Shown piece by piece: positions 37,101 to 49,415 of a stretch of 64,000 nucleotides of DNA (position 1 is the first letter of the stretch; every line of letters starts with the position of its first letter). Where the stretch lies: the NCBI GenBank assembly GCA_047495785.1, contig JBLDXI010000050.1, forward strand, positions 62,001-126,000. Direction: 5' to 3'. The notes beneath the pieces are model-generated. The model had not been told where the DNA came from and did not search any database. It worked only from the letters and a program-made list of their open reading frames with translations. The position numbers and the translations under genes are program-made. Source of the DNA: Lepidodermella squamata. Its lineage: Eukaryota > Animalia > Gastrotricha.

Positions 37101-39389
37101 ATGAACGCTTTCAACCTATGCTTTATTCTTGCAGGCGCTTTCCGGCTATGCTTGGCGGAGAAGGTCCTCAAAATAGTTACATTTGCTCAGATAACCAGTG
37201 CGAATGCTGCTGCTAACGTCAGAATGGGTGATTACTGTATTGCCTCGTACCAAGTCGCCGTGAATGCTGCGAATGACGACCCACAAATTCTCCCCGGCTA
37301 CAAAATCGAACTCGAGGTTTTCGACGAAGGGATCGCTGGGGCTAATACTCTAAAGTCTCTACTAAATACCAGCGAAATGCTTGGAGACCAACTTGCGCCA
37401 GTTATTGTTGGGCAAGTCATCAATTGCCAATTTTTACAGCCTGTTGTAAAGCAGTTGAGAATGATCCAGGTATCCTATGGTTGCGGTTCTATTGGGTTGA
37501 GCTACCCCAGGTCCCACTACAACGCTTTGTATTCGACAGGCGGGTCAATCGAGGGCGAATTCTTTATGTTCCTCAAGTTCATAGTTGCAATGGGAAAATG
37601 GCGCCAAATCGGGCTTGTATCAACAACTTCTTCTCTCGACGCAGCCTTAATGCGATCGATAGTCAACCACGCGTCTAACAGCAACATCTCAGTTGTCTCG
37701 ATCATAGCAGATGAAGACTTCGCCAAACTTGATTTCGCTTACGAAATGAAAGCTAGTGATGCTAGGATCTTCATTTTCGCTGGCGCTAATCCGATATCGA
37801 AGTTGGCCGCTAGGTTTGTTTGCCAGGCTTACAAAGTTGGAATAAGAGGGCCAAATTACGCGTTCCTAATGCTTTACTCAACGCTCTACTCGGTTGATTT
37901 GAAGGCTACTCTACCAGCGGAATGTGACTCTATGGATATAGTCAAGGCCCAGGCGAAGATTACTGTTTTCTTCGGCTTGAACAAAAGTTTGGGTGGACCT
38001 ATGGCTGGGAACGGTAGTCTTGGCTACGGTCCAGCAGAGTTCGAAAGCCGTTTGAAGGTCGCAATTGGTAACAAAACTGGATTAGACTACATCGCCCGGA
38101 TGTTTTGCCACGACGCAATGATGGCGGCTATTTCGATATTGAACTCGACTGAATACAAACTCAGAAGATCGAATCTAACCTTGAGTGATTGGAAAAAGGC
38201 GCCTGATTTTGTTCAACAAGTCGTGAACACCTCTGCAACGGAACTTGATATTGTAACATTGAGATCTGGGCGAATTTTCTATTCGAGCCGGTTGGAAATC
38301 GAGAATCAGCCGAGTACGGCTTCGATAACTACAAGCCTATCTGATATTCGCCATTTTTACACAATCAGCGCTTTGAACGCGAAGAATGGCTCGCTTTCCC
38401 TGTCGAATTACCTCATCGAACCTTTCCCGAATTCCAAGGCTATGTGGACAACTTTGAGTGGTAACCCGCCTAAAGATTTGTCTAGCGTGGCTAATCTAAA
38501 AATCGACATGTCGGCTGTCTCAAGGATTGTCCTGATTCTAGTTGTCTCAGCCATTTCGATATGTCAGCTAGCTGTGTCTGTTTTTTCGAGGATCAGACGC
38601 GTTGACATATTTTTCGATAGGACTAGCTCGAGCTTCGTCACTGTCGGGTGTTTTGTACTCAACGCGGCTGTAATTACCCAAGCTATTGAAGGCATTTCAT
38701 GCGTCTTAATCGTTGCTCTGCCTATATTGGGTTTCACCCTGATCAATGCTACCTTTCTGTCCAGGACTATAACATTTCATCCCCATATTCGTTATAAATC
38801 GATTGCTGAAGTAACGAGTAACACCGTGACCAGCTTCCCAAAAAGCTCGTCTCGAAGAAGAAAAGGAAGTCGCTACTCGCAAAAACCGAAAAGGCAACGA
38901 AAATTATCTCCGAGCCAGATTTCACGCTTTTCTAGTGGCTTCGTAACATCTACAATACTCCTTTGCGGATTGGCGTTGATCCTGTGGCTTGCTGTAATCC
39001 ACCCTGTCAGTTATACCATAGTTTCGAGTGAAATACAGTTCAGCAATGAGTTGGACTCGTATTATACAACTGAGGCCCTCGTTTGCACCGGGGTTGATTT
39101 CAAGTCTTGGATTGGAGGATTTCTCGGTTTCAACTTACTGATTTTGGTCATCGGCCTATTTTTCGCGTTTGAGGTTAAATCGATTGCGAAACCTGTAGAA
39201 TATCAAAAGGATATTGTCACGTATCAAATTGCAACGCTTAATAGCTTGGCGATACTGTGTGCTTCTACGCTTATTACAGTCGGCTTCCGTTCTTGGTTCG
39301 ACAGCTTATTGGTTATAACTATCAGCGAGATCGTTTACTCAACAACATCATTTTTCATTGTTTTTTCGACTGTGCTGTTCCAAAAGTGA
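37101..39389 (+). CDS. Orphan class C GPCR, GABA-B-like (Venus flytrap/ANF-receptor domain plus 7TM; 762 aa, intronless)
   Basis: Signal peptide; AVNAANDDPQILPGYKIEL, WRQIGLV, DARIFI, CQAYKVGIRGPNYAF, HDAM and PPKD motifs; seven hydrophobic segments; no Cys-rich domain. Confidence 0.85.
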   Translation: MNAFNLCFILAGAFRLCLAEKVLKIVTFAQITSANAAANVRMGDYCIASYQVAVNAANDDPQILPGYKIELEVFDEGIAGANTLKSLLNTSEMLGDQLAPVIVGQVINCQFLQPVVKQLRMIQVSYGCGSIGLSYPRSHYNALYSTGGSIEGEFFMFLKFIVAMGKWRQIGLVSTTSSLDAALMRSIVNHASNSNISVVSIIADEDFAKLDFAYEMKASDARIFIFAGANPISKLAARFVCQAYKVGIRGPNYAFLMLYSTLYSVDLKATLPAECDSMDIVKAQAKITVFFGLNKSLGGPMAGNGSLGYGPAEFESRLKVAIGNKTGLDYIARMFCHDAMMAAISILNSTEYKLRRSNLTLSDWKKAPDFVQQVVNTSATELDIVTLRSGRIFYSSRLEIENQPSTASITTSLSDIRHFYTISALNAKNGSLSLSNYLIEPFPNSKAMWTTLSGNPPKDLSSVANLKIDMSAVSRIVLILVVSAISICQLAVSVFSRIRRVDIFFDRTSSSFVTVGCFVLNAAVITQAIEGISCVLIVALPILGFTLINATFLSRTITFHPHIRYKSIAEVTSNTVTSFPKSSSRRRKGSRYSQKPKRQRKLSPSQISRFSSGFVTSTILLCGLALILWLAVIHPVSYTIVSSEIQFSNELDSYYTTEALVCTGVDFKSWIGGFLGFNLLILVIGLFFAFEVKSIAKPVEYQKDIVTYQIATLNSLAILCASTLITVGFRSWFDSLLVITISEIVYSTTSFFIVFSTVLFQK

Positions 39390-39628
39390 CACCTGTTTCA
39401 TATTCAACCAAATATGAAGTGCGAAAATATATAATATGTGGCAACAAGTGAAATGTGAGATTTTGGAAAATGTTGTAACGTATGGATCTCACTTTTGTGG
39501 GCTCATCTTAAATGCGTCTGACTAATGCACGAAGTAGGATCCTCGAACCTCTCAAACGGTGGTTACGGTACCGTGGATTCCACCCAAGTAACCCGCTAGA
39601 AACCTATATCATAATGTTTGTAAATTTA

Positions 39629-39672
39629 TTTTGCTTTTGCTTTTGCTTTTGCTTTTGCTTTTGCTTTTGCTT
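39629..39672 (+). repeat. (TTTTGC)n microsatellite
   Basis: About seven tandem TTTTGC units. Confidence 0.9.
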
Positions 39673-39756
39673 ACAATTTTCACTACTGTCTTTATTATAA
39701 TCATATCGCTCAGGATACGAAATTGAATTTGCTACTTTTTAGAGTCCCCAGTAACT

Positions 39757-40846
39757 TTAGTCATAATAATTTCGTCCATACCAGTAATTAAAAGCTAGGC
39801 CAACTGTTGAGACCTGAACAGCGAATAGGAAAAAAATGAGAGCGGCAGCCAGGGTGTCAGCTTCCCCACTCAGTCTTTGATTGAAGGAACCGCACAGTCC
39901 AACAGCGGTAATCGATTCATTTCCTACACTGCTGTGATTATTCACTAACAGGAACTGCTCATAGCCAAGCGATGTTAAAGGCCCAATAACAAATACCAAT
40001 GAGTAAAGTGCGCAGACGGCAAAGCAGCCGAGAGTCATGAAGATCAGCTGAAGTTTTTCGAAATATAATTATTAAGTGTTATCAGCAGTGAGTGATCTGG
40101 AGCTTTATTTTCCAAAATTACTTGAGTGGTAAATAAGTTTCCCGTTTGGGTAAATCTTATGGCGGTACCCAATTTCATTTTATTCAGTACTTATCTAACC
40201 ATTTCATTAGGTTATTTAACTGGTTAAGGTTTGGTTAGGGTTAGGTTTATGCTTAGAGGCTGGGACTTGAAACTAAGGATTTGGAACTGATGGGATAATT
40301 TGGTACAGATTTCAATGATGTTTGGTAGTGGATTAAATAATTCGGTGATTAATTCACTATTCCTATCCCTCAAGGTTTTGAAGAGTGAGCTATTTATCTC
40401 AGCGGTCATCTTTAGGTTTCCGAGGAGAATCGACCACGCCGAATCGAATGACGGCGTCAATTTCAGAAAATTTGCAGTCCCAAGGAGCTCTGTCGATATA
40501 TGCGAATGAACTAAAATCCAACGGCCTACCTTGCGAGTATTCGATCGGTAGAGGGTCTTCGAGGTAACGCACATCCTACGCTCGTAACTGATTATCAGGT
40601 TGGCAAAGCAACCAAACGGACCGGTGGAATTTCCGATCCACCAATTCACGGTGCAAGCAACAGGTCCGAGTTCCCAATAGCCCGTGCGGAGTGTAACCAG
40701 CATGCCCCCCGACCAGCTGACAGTCCATAAGACATTTCGCGCGGCTAGAACAGCATTTAGGGCAAGAAAGTTTCGCTTCACATTCTCATCACCCAGCCGC
40801 CTCCTGGCATTACAATAGCAGTTGCTTTCGAACTGTTATTAGCCAT
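39757..40846 (-). pseudogene. Truncated duplicate of the class A GPCR at 42262-43906
   Basis: MANNSSKATAIVMPGGGWVM is joined directly to the RNVKR region (~170 nt including TM1 deleted, frameshift to TGA). The exon 2 homolog is present; no exon 3 homolog was found. Confidence 0.8.
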
Positions 40847-42261
40847 TTACTTAACGAGAGGTTGTCTGATTTGTTAACAACAGAGGTCAGAGAGCTCATA
40901 GAGGAAAACGAGGAAAAAATGCAGCCGGAGGATTGCGGGCGTCAATCAATCAATCAAAGACGGAAATCGCAGGAGGTTCTTTAATGTTCAAATTTCAACT
41001 ATTGCTCGTTTTCACTGTTCATTATATACTTCCGCATTATATACGCGCAAAGCGCAATGGCGGGAATGGAATTTTAGAATTTGCTAAGGAAGACAGGCGC
41101 CTCAACTATGCCGAATATGTTCTGGTTACCTACATTTGCCAATCATACCAAGTAACGCGAGTTGTTCAGAGTATTATTTCAGAGAGCCAGTACCCTAGTG
41201 AGGGTATGGCTCAGGAATTAACCAGATTTTTGTCAGATGGGTTGAAAGATTGAGGGGTTTGAGAGGTAAAAATAAACTTAGCGAATGGTCACTTTCTCGC
41301 CCCTATCTTACAATTTTATACCATTTTAATGAAGAAAACTGCGCGATATGTTTATTTTATCGAGTTTTGTTGCTTTGTGCTGTGCGCGCGCTTTAATTTG
41401 GCTTACACTTCACTTTCAACTGTTGGTAATCGCTCCATTTACCTCAACGTTGCAGGGTATTCGGTTTAAACTCCAACCAGGATAAACCAGTTCATACCGG
41501 TTGTTTTAGATCCTGATATACCGCGGTTTTTTCAAATAGCGGTTTTTGGGGTGTTTTCATGCAAAAAACATCAAATGTTCATAGTTGACAGCCAGCCAGA
41601 AGTCGTCGAAGAGTCATTATGTCCCCGAGATCAATACCACACAGCTGAAATACTTCAGAAAGACTACATTGTATCACATAAAATCGATTTGGCAAACTTT
41701 TGCAAAATCGATCACTCAGTTACCAATAATCGATAATCGATATTCGATACGTGATGCGGGTGATTCGATGTCACCAACGTGTTCAGCGGCAAATACTACA
41801 TTAGATCCCAAATTTTCATGGCGAGTAATGAAACTATCGTGAAATCAGTTTTACTTCCGCTGGGGTATAATTGGGCGGTGTTAGACCTTTCAAATTGGAA
41901 ATTTTCATATAAAATCGGCAAAACCGCTGCTTTTGTCGTTGAAACCCCCCATAGAGACCCCGGCCGGGTAACTATTCACGGCGGATCAGAATCCGTTTTC
42001 AGAATTTTACTATCTATCGTACTTCCGGAGATGACTATACTCCCGGGACCATTTTTCAGCGATCGGCCGAAGGAAGCGAAGGTCATTGCTAACCACCGTG
42101 AAATCAGCTCCAGTGTAACATTGACTATTTATTTTTTTGAGTCAATATTGAGTCCACAATGTTAGCCTCAACATTGTTTATGCGAGGTAACAATCTGCTT
42201 AACGAGAAACCAACGACTTGACTGCTGATGATGCAGACATTCCCAGAGCAGCAGTGTTTTT

Positions 42262-43906
42262 TTAAAATTCCACAGCGACAACCTTAACCTTGGTTTTACG
42301 AGAAAGCAATTTGCCAAGCGAAAAGCCAGTTGGTTTCAAGGACTTGACGATAGACGATACAAATATTTCAAGGGTAACTAACATGACCCCATATTTCGTG
42401 AGACTAGCGCTAATGTACTGAGATCCCATTCCTGCGTAACTCAGCTGCAAGAAGACGCCGGCTGCCAAGGGCACGTGAAACGCAGTGTACACCACAACGC
42501 CGACAATCGACTGTTTGGCGATGAAAACCTCGCGTTTTCGCCAGTCCTCCAGCCGGCTGCCACTTCTTGGTAATTTCCAAGCTAACCGAGCCGATCTAAC
42601 CAGCGAGAACATTTTCCTGTAGAAATGAAAATCACATGAAACAAGCTTCGGTACCTAATGTCTCCGTTTCCTACCAGTAATTGAATGCTAGGCCAACTGT
42701 AGAGGCTAGAAATGCGAATAGAAAGTAAACCAGAACGATAGCGAGGGTGTCAGCTTCGTCTAACAGTTTTTGAGTGAACGCACCGCAAAGTCCAACGGGA
42801 TCAGTTGATTCGTTCGCAAGAACATTACTGTTATTCACGAAGGAAAGTTTCTGATAGCCAAACGATTTTAGGGGCGCAATCACAAATGCCAATGAGGAAA
42901 GTGCACAGTAGGCAAAGCAGCCGAGTGTCATGAAGATCAGCTGAAATTGTTCCAAATATGTATAATCAGGGTCAAGTCATTAACAAGTATATTCATGCTT
43001 CATATTCCGGGCTGACAGTGACTTGTAGACACCAAGGTCAACCCGCGTTACGGCTTAACAACTCCAAGAAAGAAAGGTACGCTGGGACTCTGCAAACTCT
43101 AATTAATAGAAACAGGATGTGAATGTCTGCTAGTGGTTGTTTTCCCGCAGGTCGACCTCTTGCAGTACTAAAAGAGTAGCTTCTGCCGTTAGGCAAATGT
43201 ATAGATGAATGATGAATGTCAAACTAATCAATTGCAGTGCGCGAATTAGGATCCTTGAACTAGGGCCTAAATTGCATGAACAAAGAGTGGCTTTGGGTTT
43301 CCCACATTTGCCCTGCAAATCGGGGAGACGATTCCCCATTCCCCACGGTACTTCGCGCAATGATTCAAAGTCCAAACCTAATATCGATGCGAATGATCTA
43401 AAATAATTGCGGCCTACCGTGTGAGTACCAGATCGGTAGAGCGTCATCGAGCTGACGCACATCCTACGCTCGTAGCTGATGATAAGATTGGCAATGCAGC
43501 CGTACGGGCCGATAACACTGACGATCCACCAGTTCACGGCGCAGGCGACTGGCCCAAGTTCCCAATAGCCTGTGCTAAGTGTAAGCAACATGCTGACTGA
43601 CGAGTTGAGTGACCAGATGATGTTTCGCGTGGCTAGAACTACATTGAGGGCAATGAAGCTTCGCTTGACATTCCTCTGGTAGTACACAGCTATGTTCGTG
43701 ATGCTGGCGACGATTGCCAGGATGGATGCGAAGACATTGGCCAGAGTGTATGGTAACCGATCTGCGACTGATGTCGTGCTCAAATCGTGGAGCCAGCCGA
43801 TGAAATACGGCCTGGGCGCATCGAAACCGCTGCCGTTGATGTACGCCATCACCCAGCCGCCACCTGGCATTACAATAGCAGTTGCTCTCGAACTGTTGTT
43901 AGTCAT
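42262..43906 (-). CDS. Divergent orphan class A (rhodopsin-like) GPCR (~369 aa; exons 43906-43418, 42940-42675, 42616-42262)
   Basis: N-glycosylated N-terminus, TM1 SITN, ECL1 WELGPVAC, TM3 LIISYERR (DRY equivalent), ECL2 Cys, TM6 AFHVP; GT-AG introns keep the frame. Confidence 0.8.
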
Positions 43907-44327
43907 TTTCCCAACGAAATTTCTAGTTGCTACAGGTAAAGCTATTAGGGGATAATCAAGGAAAATATGCAGCTCGCGTTCGTCAATCAATGAGTACGAG
44001 GAAATCGCAGGAGGTGCTTTTAAGCTCGGCTTTCACTTATTGCATTGTTGCTCCGGAAACTGTACGCAGATGATAGATGACTAATATCTTAAGAACCATC
44101 CAGCCAACTAAGTCTGCCAGGTAAGTCGTTTAGACATAGTTTATAACAAACCCCGGGGACATTATTCAAGGTGATACAAAGTAATAAAAACCGGACAGCA
44201 ACATCAATGCACTCTTTCGAAATGTCAAAAATCGACAAAATGCTGTTTCAGTTTTTATTCTCAAGTAAGTTCTTACAGGTAGAGAATAGTAGAAAAAATC
44301 AGGTCAATAGTTCACGGTTGACTGAAT

Positions 44328-46269
44328 TCAGCGCTTTCTGAATACGACAGCAATAGTAGCCATCGTGCCAGCGAATTTTTTCGGCTCAGCAGCTACAACC
44401 CGTCGGTGTTCGGCCAGCAATTTGCCGATAACCGCCGATTTTTCCGCCTCACTGCGCTTCTCATCCAACCCGTCACGGATGAACGGCTCGACAACCGCCG
44501 CGACAAAATCGACAAAGTCACGCGCAAAAACTTCTGAATCGCCATGTTCAAGGTACCTTTGATACACCCAATAATACTCTTCCGGCATGTTTTCCGCGAC
44601 CAAAAGCTCAAGGCCCAGCTTTTCGTATAAATCACACCGATCGGCTATGTCCTCGAGACTTCGCCGCATGACTGGAACCTGAAATTTCAGCGATTCTTGC
44701 CTTGAAATAACGCCTTGTTGTACCAATCTTTCAACTGCTGTTTTGACGCCGCCGGCGAAAGCTTGGTCATTCGAGCCTTTTGACATGACATTGGCGACTA
44801 GGATTCCGCCCTTGACCAGTTCCTTCGAACGAGCTGTTATGAAGGTTTCCCAGTCTTTAGCCGCTTGTTGCTTGTAAATGTGGTAGATTTTCGTGTCTTC
44901 ATTAACGTGCCATGGCGATATCATGACTTCGTCGAAGCTTTCCATTGGTAGTTTCGATAGCCAGTGCAAGGCGCTGCTTGAGAAGGCGAATTGAAGGCTG
45001 TTGTTTGGCAGAATTTGCTCGTAAAAACTGAGACCCGCAGCTACGGCAAAAACCCCTGGAAAAAATGCACAATTTTTCAAAAATTTTCATGAATTTTGTA
45101 AATAAAAAATTATCCCATTCAATTTAAAAATTGTTTGATAGATTAATCAAAAAATTGATCAAATCAAAAATAAATTATTCTGATGAATTTTCGTGAAATG
45201 AGGATACATTTCGCTTGAAATTCGAGCTAACAGAATAATTTTCCGTTTAGATTGAAATATATTAAATTTAAAATTCTTCAAGCTTCACAATTTCTCTGAA
45301 GGAATTTTGGTTGGGGTGAATTAGAATTTACAAAAATTTCAACAATTTCAAAATTGAATTTCAAAATCAAATTCGCTAATCAAATCTGATGATGGAGTTA
45401 CGTTAAATTTTATTGAATTTTAATAAATTTCGATTAAAAATTCAATTATGAAAAATCAGAAAAAGTATATTAGCTAAATTTTCTTGAATGAATCTGTTTT
45501 TTAGCAACAATCGATGAACATCGATTTTCATTTCGAAATTGCCAGAATTGCGAGGCCTGAATTTGAAATTTTGAAAATTTGAAATTGAAAGTTTTTCCAT
45601 CAAAGTTGTAAAATTTACCTGAAACTGGTTAGAAAATTAAGGCATTATTTCACTGCAACGCAAAATCGGTACCGCTTTTGATCACAATTTCGAATTTAAT
45701 TTTCACGGAATTCCTATCAATTTTCAATATTTTTAATTTTTTCAGGTAAAATTTTAACCGACCGAAATACCTTTCAGCAGAATAAAATATTCTTAAAATA
45801 ATTTCGAACAAATTATTTTGAAGTTGTTTCATAAATTGGGAATACTTTCTAAAGATCACGGCTATTTCGCTATAATTTATTTGAAATTTCATTGAAAATT
45901 TGAAAATAACACTCCAATACCTTTATGCTGTCGTACGTAGGAATTTTCCTCAGATTGCAGGTAGGTGAACAGCACTTGCCATTTATTGCGAGGCACATCT
46001 TCATGAACGGCCAATATTTGCCCAGTCTTCTCATCGCCGTACTTGGCCCTCAGACCAGCGACAATCATCGACATGGCCTCAGAACTGTTGGCACCAGTGC
46101 TTGACCCGAAATCGGCAATGATGAACGGCTGGTTGGCTGGGATATTGGCCGAGTGGTGCTTCAAGCCGGTTTCAATGTACGGCTTCGTAAGGCGCACGGT
46201 TTGCAGTTGAACTTTCGAATGCGAGTTGTAGTCTTCACGCATGGCTGAAGCTGCAAATGGCGGACTCAT
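44328..46269 (-). CDS. SABATH/Methyltransf_7-family SAM-dependent carboxyl methyltransferase (~358 aa; exons 46269-45921, 45055-44328)
   Basis: YNSHSKVQ, IADFGSSTGANS, EDVPRNKW, SFYEQILPNNSLQFAFSSSALHWLS, DWETFITARSKELVKGG. Removing the 865-nt GT-AG intron restores HKGVF as in the paralog. Confidence 0.9.
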
Positions 46270-47309
46270 TTTCGGAGATTGCAAAAATTCGTGTGTGAAA
46301 AAATGGGAGGCGAAATTTGAATTGAAATTTAGGGAAATGAGCGACCTCAATTACTGCTGTGATTACTAAAAAGTGACCTTGATTGCGCGATTGCTCGCAT
46401 AATTTGCTCTTAATTTGTCACGCAACAAACGAGGCAATAATTTGACAATATTTGACCTGATTTTTAATATTGCCTATTGCAACCATGTCACAAGTCTGAA
46501 TCACGGACAACTTGAATGGCAGACTGTCATAACACAAAATACCCAAAACAGTAAACGCGACATAACAGCTAATTTTTGCAACTGGCGACATAACAGCAGA
46601 AACACGATGCATCGTTTACAAGTTTTCGCTGTTTTATCGCATTCGCTGTTTTGCGCATATGCCGTGTTGTCGCCGTACCGAAAAAGTATTTTGAAGACTG
46701 GAGAAATAAAACTTGGGAAGAATGGAGCGAAACAATTCAGGAATCAAGATTGAAAAATGAGAAAATTACCTAAAAAATCCAGCTTAAAAAATCACATTTT
46801 AGCAGCAATATCCAGGGTGCGATCTTGGATCCCAGAGCTGCCAGGGATGGAAAAAACATGTTTGCTGTATTTGCCAAGAGGTTTATTACACTTTGATTGA
46901 TAAAATATGAATCGTAACAAGCTCTTCTGTCGATTTTTTCTCCCTTTCTCTTGCTCGGTATATTACATAGTATTTTGGTCATTAAATTGGTTGAATTTTG
47001 CTCGAAAATCCAGGCAATCAACAACTTTATGACTATCGATTGCTGAAAACCATATCGAAAAATTTTGGCAACCTTAAAATTTGAGACGAAATAATTATGC
47101 ATATAATTCAATCAGTATTAATTGCATTTGAAAGCTTACTTCTGAGTCATCAGCTGAAACGAAGGGACTATGTCACTTGTCACTTGACCAATTTGAGTTT
47201 AATAACCGAGGAAATTTGTGTTATAGATCAGTCAGTAATTTTCTACCCAACACCTGATTAATAAGTACACTATAGGTGCGGGTGATGTCGCAGGTGAAAC
47301 ATGACTAAT

Positions 47310-48298
47310 TTAGATTCCGACACATGAGCGAAGATATGCATGCAGCCGCCCTGTTATTCTTACTCTGGATGACGCGAAAGATCCCTGGAAGCGGGGGCTT
47401 GTGTACTGAATAGCAGAATAACGATCAATAGCGATGTTTCTGCACGTGTTGTCAACAAGGTGCCTAGTATTTGGAATAAGCTTCTGTCTAAACCAGTACA
47501 GCAACAAAATCCTTGTGTCAACAAAATTGCTTATATAATATGCTGAAACTTCACGAGTAAGGGACTTCAGAGAAATATGGCTTACAAAGCTGTAGCGGAA
47601 GTTGTTACCCTCGTCATAGCAATAGTTGTTAATTCCTTCGCGATGGAAGGCGTTGTCAAGGGTAAAATTGGCAGGCGGAACTACAAACTACGTTAGTTTC
47701 CAGTAACTGGAACTGGTGCTCCAATTTCTCTTACAGTTTATACGAAAACTCGTTCGAGTTTGTGGTTATGATCGTCTCGCTTCTAGCTATGACTTTTATA
47801 ATCATCTGCCACTTGAGCTTTCGGCGGGTTATTGGCCGGTCGATAGGACGCACCAGGGCGAAAATAACGAAACTGAGCAAGACAACGGTGATAATGCTGC
47901 TAGCATTTGCTGTATGCTGGATGCCATTTGTCATTCACGAAATCGTAATGACATATCTAGTCAAAACTTCGGATGGCTCCAGGCGACTTGATGAGTATTG
48001 CATCATTGCACACAATATCTTATACGCCTGTTTCCTGTCAACGCCAATCGTAATTCCGGTCATTTATGTCACGAGAATTGTCGCAGTATCGCGCTTTCTG
48101 TCGACAAAGTATTCTTGCCTCAGATTTGGGCTATTAACAAGCGAACCTTCAGTATGTCTTTCTGAACCGAAACATGAGTTGGTAAAGTTGAGCGTCTCTT
48201 TTAATCCACCTCGCCAGAGAAACGACACTATGCAGCTGCGTAGTGTAGTTTCATTTAGTTTCATCCCAGCTACAAAAATCTGCAATCTTACCGTATAA
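47310..48298. pseudogene. Rearranged class A GPCR relic (TM1 and TM5-7 on +, TM3 DRY segment on -)
   Basis: +47577 MAYKAVAEVVTLVIAIVVNSF (TM1-like); +47738-48298 TM5, TM6 AFAVCWMPF, TM7 IVIPVIY; -47460-47310 IAIDRYSAIQY. Confidence 0.6.
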
Positions 48299-48651
48299 CC
48301 GCTAATTTCACTGGCGATGCCTGATCACATTACAAGATCGCCAACAAGTATTTCTAGTTTCATCTGTTCATGGATGGCACCGGATCCTTCGGTGATTTAC
48401 AACTAAGGTGCAGGCCATTACGATTATTGAAATACTCTAATGCAAATTTCATATCAGCTGAAGATTATGTTAGAGCTTCGAATAAAAATGTATATATTCT
48501 GAACTTCATCATAAAATCATTTTATTATAAAGCTGTTTTTATTGAACAAACCTCAAAACAAAGGGCAGAAATCTTAGGAAGATTGCGTCGACTGTTATCT
48601 CTAGTAAGTCTAGTACAGTGTGCGAAGTAGGATCTGAGGTGTATGCTGAGG

Positions 48652-49059
48652 CATGAGACGTACTATAGGACGCCGCGGCTTGCTGAGAATCAGAAAAATT
48701 GTGATATTTTTAATGAGGTCCTAATGAGGTTTTAATGAAGTCCAACTCGGCCAATGAATCATTTCATTACACTTTTTGCAATCCTCTCAAGCCTCTTTTT
48801 TTGCTTAAGATGATAAACGAGATCAACACATCTTTACACAGCGTCTCGCCGATCTTTTGCTGTAAACTAATTCTCAGCAGTTTTTAATTATTGACATTTA
48901 AAAAATAAAAATTTTATAAATTATTTAAAAATTTTAATTTCGAAATTACTGGACTAAAAATTAAATCGTGCGCACGAAATAATTATGCACAGTGGGTGGC
49001 AGCCGCGGGGTCATGTAATGGGAGCTTCGAAGCCGCGGCGTCCTATAGTACGTCTCATG
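48652..49059. mobile_element. hAT-type MITE, 408 bp, inserted in repeat family A
   Basis: Perfect 30-bp TIR CATGAGACGTACTATAGGACGCCGCGGCTT; 8-bp TSD TGCTGAGG at 48644-48651 and 49060-49067. Confidence 0.9.
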
Positions 49060-49415
49060 TGCTGAGGTGTTTTCTACTTGTTTTACAGGACCCAGCCGAA
49101 GAAACCAAAGGGTCCTCACCAAAGAAACCACCAAAGAAACCAACAAATTACCGATCACGCAGGTAAGGTTCAGGGGTGAGGATCGATGCGATTGTTGGTT
49201 TAAGTGTCCATCCTCAATTTTACTCAGAATTTGAAGCCCCACACGATGGTAAAAATTCGCTGCAGATATCTAAAAAATTGATTTTCCATCGTGAACATCG
49301 TGGACCGAATCGCTGCGCATACAAACGCTTCACAGGAAATTTGACACGGCTGTAAACTTTGTAGATTGGCTCTATGCAACTGCGGAGAATAAAACGTTCA
49401 TTTCATAAAAACATC

